64,000 nt of DNA from Bdellovibrionales bacterium (lineage in GTDB: Bacteria > Bdellovibrionota > Bdellovibrionia > Bdellovibrionales > UBA1609), in the NCBI GenBank assembly GCA_041690295.1, contig JAWLHR010000010.1, positions 1-64,000 on the forward strand, in the 5' to 3' direction. The first letter of the stretch is position 1. Each line of letters opens with the position of its first letter. The translations under genes were made by a program, and so were the position numbers. The notes under the pieces are model-generated. The model did not search any database, was not told the origin of the DNA, and saw nothing but the letters and a program-made list of their open reading frames with translations. Of the stretch, positions 57,970-64,000 are shown one piece after another.

Positions 57970-60534
57970 TTACCTGCGACCGCGGCGGATCACGCGAGCC
58001 GTGGCGTTACGAACCATGATATCCGGATCAAACTTCCTGAAGTAACGGGGGCGCGTTTCCGGAGTGAGTTCTTGTCCGCGTTGGGCGAGACGGTTTCGAA
58101 TCTGGTTGAGCCGGTCGTCACGCCACTTATCGCCTTCACTCACGGCGCGGGCGTAGATCTTGTTATCGGCGATCACGAAATCAAAGCGTCCGTCTTTGAA
58201 GTCCACCAGCACGACATCGCCGGATTTGAATTTACGGCTGACCGCCAGGTAATCCACGGGCGCCCGGATCTGTCCTTTAATTGTATTCACGATTCTTCGC
58301 GCGCCTTCGGTGGGACTGTAGGCCCGTTTCAACGCTTCCACCGCGGACTCGGAAAGCACGAGACGAACGCCGTCGATGAGTCGCAGTTCGCGCGCGTAAG
58401 CCTTGATTTGATCGTGGACGATTTGTTCGACCACTTCGGGCGTGTGATTGTTGGTGGTCATGATGTCGTTGAAGCGCGCGACCTCGGCCTCGCTCCACAT
58501 CGCGCGAAGCTCGGCTTTGACGGCTTCATTGCGCAGCTCGTGCAAAGGCAGATTTTCGATTCGGGAAACCAGTCCCGGCGCGTGTTCGGTGAAAAACTGG
58601 ATCAGTTCGGCGCGATTCATTTGCGTGAAACGCTCACCCGCGTTGGTGGTGAAGATCATGATACAGTCGTCGAACATGACCGTTCGGCCTTGGCCGTCGG
58701 TCAATCGCGCATCGTCCATGAGTCCCATCAACGCCCTCATCACGTTGGGATGGGCTTTTTCGATTTCGTCGAAAAGGATCACGCGGAACGGCCGCTCGCG
58801 CACGGGCTCGGTGAGTTCGCCGCCGGCTTCATAACCGACATAGCCGGGAGGCGCCCCGATGAGGCGATCCACGGAGTGCGCGGATTGATAGATGTTCATG
58901 TCGAAGCGGAGCATGTCTTTTTCAGCGATTCCCAAAGTTTTCGCCAATTGTTTGGCGAATTCCGTTTTACCCGTACCGGTACGGCCGGCCAAAAGAGCGA
59001 CCCAGATGGGCTTTCGCTTGGGTTCCTCGCCATGGAGTCGGGCCAAGGCTTCCTGACGGCGGCGGTTCTCGCGATAGGAGGCGAGAGCCAGAGCGGCCCG
59101 GTCGATAATGTGGTCCTGATTGCGAATGACGGTTTTGATCTGGTCGATGTTTTTGACCGCTTCTTCAATGTTCACGGCCAGGGCGGAAACGGGGATTTTA
59201 AGAATATCAGCGGCCACCAGTTGAATTTGTTTGGGGCCGACCATGGTCGGCGGCTTTTCGGCCTGCACGGATTCAAGTTGCACAAGCTTCAGCTCGCGAA
59301 TTCTCTCGTTGAGCTTGACGATCATTTCTTTTTCGAAGGTGGTGTCGGGCCGGTTCAAAATTCCGCGGCCTTGTTCTTTAGCCTGACGGATTTGCTCAAC
59401 TTCGGCGAGTTGCATTTCGAGAGTGGTGATCTCCCGGGCCGTGTCGGCAACCGGCGTTTGCAGTTCGCCGAGCCGTTGTTGCAATTTGGTGGCTTCCGCT
59501 TGCAATTCCGCGAGACGGCGGCTTTGTTCCGCGTTTCGCTGGATCTGCAAATCCTCGGCGATGGAGGCCATTTCCGCTTCCACCTGGGAGAGCTGGGTTT
59601 TTAGTTTCGCGGCTTCGGTGCCGTCTTGTTGTTCCGCCCGCACGCGTTGCCCGGCCTGGCGAACGAGGGTCTCGGCGAAATCAAAAGGGGAATTCGCCTT
59701 GTAACGGATCGCGAGTCGCGCGGCCTCGGTCAGCGACGCATCGGAAACGTGAATGCCCAGCTGGCGGCGAAGATCGGGCTTGATCCGGCGCAAGTGGGTG
59801 ATCACCGCATCGTAGGTGGCGGATTTAATTTCCACCGTGGTGACGCGTTCATAGATCACTTTGTTATTGAAGAAGTTTTGCGCGTGGGTTTGCGCATCCA
59901 TCTCGAGAATCATCGGCAGCTGACGGCCGCCGGCGATGGCCTCGATCAAAGCGCCGACCGGGCGGAGTTGCTCGAACGCGCCCTGGGCGAGATAGCCGGT
60001 GTTTTCGACGTAAAGAATCACCTGACCGGTGGTGGTGTTGCGAGCGGTCTGCTCCAGATGGAGGATCACGCTCTTGAGCATGCGTGTTTGATCTTCCTTG
60101 CTGCGCAACTCGAAAAACTTATCCATCTTCAGGCGGTAAACGGGATTTTGCGGGTTTTGGAGGATGTACTGGTGAACCAAAGTCGTCTTACCCGATTTGG
60201 GATCGCCGACCACAAGAGCCGTTCGGGCTTTCTCGTCCAGCGCCAACTGCAGTTGCACAAGCTCGGTTTCGCGTCCAATGGCGGGTTGGATTCGTCCCTC
60301 TTCCGCTTGGCGGAGCACCCGGTGGGTCATGTTTTCCACGTAATCTTCAGCGCCGGCCAATATTCCGGCATCCGTCAGCGTTCCCGGTGGCTGGTTGGCG
60401 GGCCGGCTGGCCCCTGTCTGAGTGGGCGGCTGAGCCCCAACCTCAAAAGACAAAAAGCTAAGCAGAAGTGCCGAGAATAGGACCGCAACGAACCCGATTC
60501 GAACCCAGGATCGAAACCAAGCGAGATTCATCAT
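57970..60534 (-). CDS. ClpB/Hsp100-like AAA+ ATPase with N-terminal signal peptide/anchor (operon gene 1)
   Basis: PAIGRE, GDPKSGKT, coiled-coil middle domain, GRTGTGKT, GAPPGYVGYE, ILFDEIEKAH, RLTDGQGRTV and GARR motifs; GGAGG RBS. Confidence 0.92.
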   Translation of the reverse strand: MMNLAWFRSWVRIGFVAVLFSALLLSFLSFEVGAQPPTQTGASRPANQPPGTLTDAGILAGAEDYVENMTHRVLRQAEEGRIQPAIGRETELVQLQLALDEKARTALVVGDPKSGKTTLVHQYILQNPQNPVYRLKMDKFFELRSKEDQTRMLKSVILHLEQTARNTTTGQVILYVENTGYLAQGAFEQLRPVGALIEAIAGGRQLPMILEMDAQTHAQNFFNNKVIYERVTTVEIKSATYDAVITHLRRIKPDLRRQLGIHVSDASLTEAARLAIRYKANSPFDFAETLVRQAGQRVRAEQQDGTEAAKLKTQLSQVEAEMASIAEDLQIQRNAEQSRRLAELQAEATKLQQRLGELQTPVADTAREITTLEMQLAEVEQIRQAKEQGRGILNRPDTTFEKEMIVKLNERIRELKLVQLESVQAEKPPTMVGPKQIQLVAADILKIPVSALAVNIEEAVKNIDQIKTVIRNQDHIIDRAALALASYRENRRRQEALARLHGEEPKRKPIWVALLAGRTGTGKTEFAKQLAKTLGIAEKDMLRFDMNIYQSAHSVDRLIGAPPGYVGYEAGGELTEPVRERPFRVILFDEIEKAHPNVMRALMGLMDDARLTDGQGRTVMFDDCIMIFTTNAGERFTQMNRAELIQFFTEHAPGLVSRIENLPLHELRNEAVKAELRAMWSEAEVARFNDIMTTNNHTPEVVEQIVHDQIKAYARELRLIDGVRLVLSESAVEALKRAYSPTEGARRIVNTIKGQIRAPVDYLAVSRKFKSGDVVLVDFKDGRFDFVIADNKIYARAVSEGDKWRDDRLNQIRNRLAQRGQELTPETRPRYFRKFDPDIMVRNATARVIRRGRR

Positions 60535-60561
60535 ATGTATGCCTCCAAAGGCTTTGCTGGG

Positions 60562-60577
60562 AGCGAATGGTATGCCA
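60562..60577 (-). promoter_or_regulatory. Putative sigma54 promoter of the ATPase operon
   Basis: TGGCATACCATTCGCT fits GG-N10-GC, with 2 mismatches to TGGCAC-N5-TTGCW. Confidence 0.5.
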
Positions 60578-60679
60578 TGCGAAAAAGGAGGTTAACCCAT
60601 TGAAATTACGGAAAGAGCAACGCCATCGGCGCGCGCCGTGGACAATTTTTGTTACAGCCGGGTAAATACTTCAGATGGG

Positions 60680-61021
60680 CTATCCCGGCGGCCAGGTCAT
60701 TTGCCGGCCACCGAGCACATGCACATGAATGTGCGGCACCGTTTGTCCGCCCTGGGGGCCGATGTTGATCACCAACCGGTAGCCGTCCTCGGAAATCCCA
60801 TGCTGGCGGGCGACCTCGGCGGCGACCCAGAGCAGGTGCCCCAGTATCGGTTTATCCTCCGGCGTGGCGTCCGCCACGGAGGGAATTTCTTTTTTCGGTA
60901 TCACCAGAAAATGTTTCGGCGCCTGCGGTTGAATGTCGACGAGTACGAAACAAAGATCGTCTTGATGGACGATCGTTCCTTGAAGTTCCCCGTTTAGAAT
61001 CCTGGTGAAAAGACTCGCCAT
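60680..61021 (-). CDS. Histidine-triad nucleotide-binding protein (HinT-like)
   Basis: DIQPQAPKHFLVIPK and GQTVPHIHVHVLGGR motifs. Confidence 0.95.
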   Translation of the reverse strand: MASLFTRILNGELQGTIVHQDDLCFVLVDIQPQAPKHFLVIPKKEIPSVADATPEDKPILGHLLWVAAEVARQHGISEDGYRLVINIGPQGGQTVPHIHVHVLGGRQMTWPPG

Positions 61022-61030
61022 TAGAACTCC

Positions 61031-62677
61031 CTACATCTGTTTGTAATCGGGACCGCTGCCGCCTTCGCGTGGCGTCCAGCGCGGGCCGAGCACATCCGTG
61101 GCTTTGCAGTCGATGCAGTTTGGTGCGTTCACCACGAGCTTATCGCCCTGTCTTTCATACACCCCCGCGGGGCAAACATGGGAGTAAAATTCCGCCAACT
61201 CACCGCTGATGTCCTGGCCGACGATCAAATGCTGGGGAATATCATCGCGCGTTTTATTGCTCGAGAGATAAACCGCATCCACTTTGCTCAAGCCCACTTT
61301 TTCCGTGGGGAAATCCGGTTCAGCGAATTCTTTGGCCTCTTTCGCGTCTTCTTCGACGAATTGATCACCGCCCGGGAAAGCGCCACCGGTGAGAGTCATG
61401 AGCGCCGCTTTCACGCCGCCGGCGTAAAAACCGCTTTTAAAGGCCTGGCGCATATTGCGAACCTTTTTCAAATCACTCCACACGAAACTCTCTTTGAGCT
61501 CCGTATCGAACGAACTCAGCATGTTTTTGCCGGTGTCTCCCGCTTTGAGAGCTTTGAAAATGGCTCGGGCGGCGAGAATTCCCGACATCATCGCATAGTG
61601 GATGCCTTTTAAAGCGGGAACATTAACCAGTCCCACGGCGTCGCCGATCATGACCAAACCGTCGCCGACGAAGGATTTCGGTAATGAATGGATGCCGCCT
61701 TCCGGAATGGTTTTCGCGCCCCATTCGATACATTGTCCGCCTTCGAGCAAGGGAGCGAAAAACGGATGTAGCTTCATGTGTTGCAGAAGTAGGTGCACAT
61801 CCAAGCGCGGATTTTTGTAATCGAGTCCCGCCACAAGGCCGATGGCCAATTGATCATCCGCCATGGGATACATGAAGCTTCCGCCGAAACAATCCTTGGG
61901 CAACGGCCAACCCAGCGTGTGCGCGATGAAGTCCGGGGCCTTTTTAACTTTCCAAATTTCCTTAACTCCCAGGGCGAAAATCTGCGCCGATGGTCCGCGA
62001 AGATTCTGCCATTCAACGTAGGATTGCGCCAAAGGACTTCGCGTTCCATCGGAGAGCACCACCACTTGAGCCGCGATGTCCGTGGCCGGCATGGCATTCG
62101 GCCCGGGAGTTCCATCGCGCTTCAGGCCGGCCGGTGTGGTTCGAACACCCACCACACGTTGATTTTCCGTGAGTAAGGAATCAACGGGAAAGCCGGTCAT
62201 GATGTTGACGCCAAGTTCTTCAGCTTTTTGTCCCAGCCAGCGCACCACTTCACAAAGTGAAGCGATGTAAAAGCCGTGATTTTTCATCGTCGGCGGCGTC
62301 GGCATGGGAATGGCCGAAGATTTGGTGAGATATAAAACCTTTTCGCCTTGAACGGGCCGGCGAAACGGGAAATCCGAATCTTTCAAGTCAGGAAACAGCG
62401 CGCGTAATGATACGGGATTTATCACCGCTCCTGAAAGCGAATGGCCGCCAAGCGCCGAGGCCTTTTCCAGAACTCCGATTTCGATCTGAAGTTGACCATC
62501 CTCTTTGACAAGCTTGGCCAACTCAATCGCGCCGGCCAAGCCGGCAGGGCCCGCGCCCACGAAAACCACATCGAAAGGAACGACGTCGTCACCTTCGGGC
62601 TTATGTTCAATGATGAATTTTGATTTTTCCAAAGCCGGCTGAAACCGAGCCGGTATCAATTGATTCGAGCTAGGCAT
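61031..62677 (-). CDS. Electron-transfer flavoprotein:ubiquinone oxidoreductase
   Basis: GAGPAG, GHSLSGA, GAKTIPEGG, KGIHYAM and CPAGVYE...NCIDCK motifs. Confidence 0.93.
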   Translation of the reverse strand: MPSSNQLIPARFQPALEKSKFIIEHKPEGDDVVPFDVVFVGAGPAGLAGAIELAKLVKEDGQLQIEIGVLEKASALGGHSLSGAVINPVSLRALFPDLKDSDFPFRRPVQGEKVLYLTKSSAIPMPTPPTMKNHGFYIASLCEVVRWLGQKAEELGVNIMTGFPVDSLLTENQRVVGVRTTPAGLKRDGTPGPNAMPATDIAAQVVVLSDGTRSPLAQSYVEWQNLRGPSAQIFALGVKEIWKVKKAPDFIAHTLGWPLPKDCFGGSFMYPMADDQLAIGLVAGLDYKNPRLDVHLLLQHMKLHPFFAPLLEGGQCIEWGAKTIPEGGIHSLPKSFVGDGLVMIGDAVGLVNVPALKGIHYAMMSGILAARAIFKALKAGDTGKNMLSSFDTELKESFVWSDLKKVRNMRQAFKSGFYAGGVKAALMTLTGGAFPGGDQFVEEDAKEAKEFAEPDFPTEKVGLSKVDAVYLSSNKTRDDIPQHLIVGQDISGELAEFYSHVCPAGVYERQGDKLVVNAPNCIDCKATDVLGPRWTPREGGSGPDYKQM

Positions 62678-62723
62678 GAGACACCTTAGATTGACCTCCG
62701 GCGCCGAATCAAGCGAAACTCAA

Positions 62724-63140
62724 ATGAGCGTGGCACTGTTTCAGTTCAACAACCGAACCATTCCATACAAAATCACCCTGGCGCCGTTTGGGTTTGACTT
62801 GGTTTTGCTCCAAGGTTCCCAGCATACGGCGGATTTCTGGCTGCCCGTGCTTAAAGATTTCGAAAAAGAGCCGACCGCCGGTGGACGACTACTCACCTGT
62901 GACTGGGCCAACCCGGATGTGGAGGAAACGCGCCTGGCCGGCGATTTTTTGCGCCTCATGCAAACATTGGGAATGTCGGCGGCCCGCGTTGTAGCCTTTG
63001 ATGATGCTGTTGAAATGGTGGCGACGGCGCAACGTTTAGCGCCGGGACTGTTTGAGCGGACTTTGTTTTTTCCGCAGGGCGGGCCACAGGGCGATGAATT
63101 GAATCGAGCCGTGCGCCAACTTTGTGAACTGCCCCAATAG
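62724..63140 (+). CDS. Short degenerate alpha/beta-hydrolase-fold protein
   Basis: LVLLQG..FW, LLTCDW, LAGDFLRLMQTLG and VVAFDDA track the hydrolase fold. Confidence 0.5.
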   Translation: MSVALFQFNNRTIPYKITLAPFGFDLVLLQGSQHTADFWLPVLKDFEKEPTAGGRLLTCDWANPDVEETRLAGDFLRLMQTLGMSAARVVAFDDAVEMVATAQRLAPGLFERTLFFPQGGPQGDELNRAVRQLCELPQ

Positions 63141-63162
63141 CGTTGTGCGCCAAGTCTATCGC

Positions 63163-64000
63163 TCAATCGAGTAGGAAATCGGCCAAATTCACCTTCTGTC
63201 TCATCACATCGCTGTAGCCAAGATCCACCAGAGCATTGAGATATCCGGGATCAAAAGCCAAGTAGGACAAAATCTCCGCCGTTTCCTTTAAGCTTCCAAG
63301 TCCCGAAAGTAAGAATCGCAGCATATGTGGTAACCCTTCCACTTTTTCTTCCGCGATTTCCGAAAGGAGTTGGCTGGGATGGATATGCACAATGCCGAGC
63401 GGCCGGAACTGATGATCCTTTCCGGCCAGAGATAGGTTCTCATTGATGATTCTCACGCGCTCGATATCGACTTCGATGGCGTCCATGAAAATGGCGTTGA
63501 TGACCACGGACAAAACCCGGCCCAGCGTGGGTTTGATGATGGAATTGTCATCCAGTTGTTGCTCGCGAATCTTGCGCACGCCCAAGACAACCAGTTTGGA
63601 CGCGCCCACGCGGCGGGCGGGGGAAAGCGGCGCCGTGTTTCGCAAACAGCCATCGCCGTAGTGTCTGGCGCCGATCGGCCACGGGGGAAAGAAAATCGGA
63701 ATACTGGCCGAGGCCATCACATGATCAAGAGTGATTTTCGACCGCACTCCCACCCGTTGCACTCTCCGCCACTCCCTCAAATGGGGCGCGCCGGTGAAAA
63801 AGGTGACGCCCAATGAAGTGGAATAATCCAAGGCGGTGATACAGAGTGAGTTCAGATTTTTGGTTTGAACATGATATTCGATCCGGTCAAAGTGGATGTG
63901 CTCCGCGAGCAAGTCGCGAAGCGGTTCGACGTTCAAAAGTCCCATCTTGCTCGGTCGCAGCCGCTCGGAAACACCACCCAGTGAAACTCCACGCAAGAGA
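63163..64000 (-). CDS. Patatin-like phospholipase (5' end outside window)
   Basis: HVMASASIPIFFP and YGDGCLRNTAPLSPA motifs. Confidence 0.88.
   Translation of the reverse strand, partial: LLRGVSLGGVSERLRPSKMGLLNVEPLRDLLAEHIHFDRIEYHVQTKNLNSLCITALDYSTSLGVTFFTGAPHLREWRRVQRVGVRSKITLDHVMASASIPIFFPPWPIGARHYGDGCLRNTAPLSPARRVGASKLVVLGVRKIREQQLDDNSIIKPTLGRVLSVVINAIFMDAIEVDIERVRIINENLSLAGKDHQFRPLGIVHIHPSQLLSEIAEEKVEGLPHMLRFLLSGLGSLKETAEILSYLAFDPGYLNALVDLGYSDVMRQKVNLADFLLD

Noticed and set aside
57889..60480. Long plus-strand ORFs (571 and 284 aa)
   Set aside because: They are antisense shadows of the Clp ATPase gene with no recognisable motifs.
57970..60534. T6SS ClpV or housekeeping ClpB
   Set aside because: There are no tss genes and no Clp N-domain, the N-terminus is a hydrophobic signal-like segment, and NBD1 is degenerate.

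Overview
This is a gene-dense bacterial chromosomal segment, probably Bdellovibrionota. That assignment is inferred from a TIGR02147-type protein, a CPAF-like S41 peptidase, a vWA lipoprotein and many signal-peptide orphan genes. It carries housekeeping and metabolic genes (greA, mutM, rpsD, type-B L31, fadE, thiolase, pip, rny, pdxH, ROK kinase, HIT protein, ETF-QO) and two inverted copies of a ~970-bp IS1-like element, one complete and one cut by the window edge. The standout is a tightly coupled five-gene minus-strand operon at 50530-60534. Its first gene is a ClpB/Hsp100-type AAA+ ATPase whose N-terminal domain is replaced by a signal peptide or anchor, with a degenerate NBD1 and an intact NBD2. 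Four unknown signal-peptide proteins with internal hydrophobic hairpins follow. This is a candidate exported unfoldase-plus-pore machine, conceptually like Plasmodium PTEX. Also notable: a secreted 5x23-aa Cys-repeat peptide next to an S41 protease, IS ends that complete neighbouring stop codons, and a TetR operator pair with a matching site at the ETF-QO gene. All calls come from motif reading by eye; no database searches were run. No rRNA, tRNA or CRISPR array was recognised.
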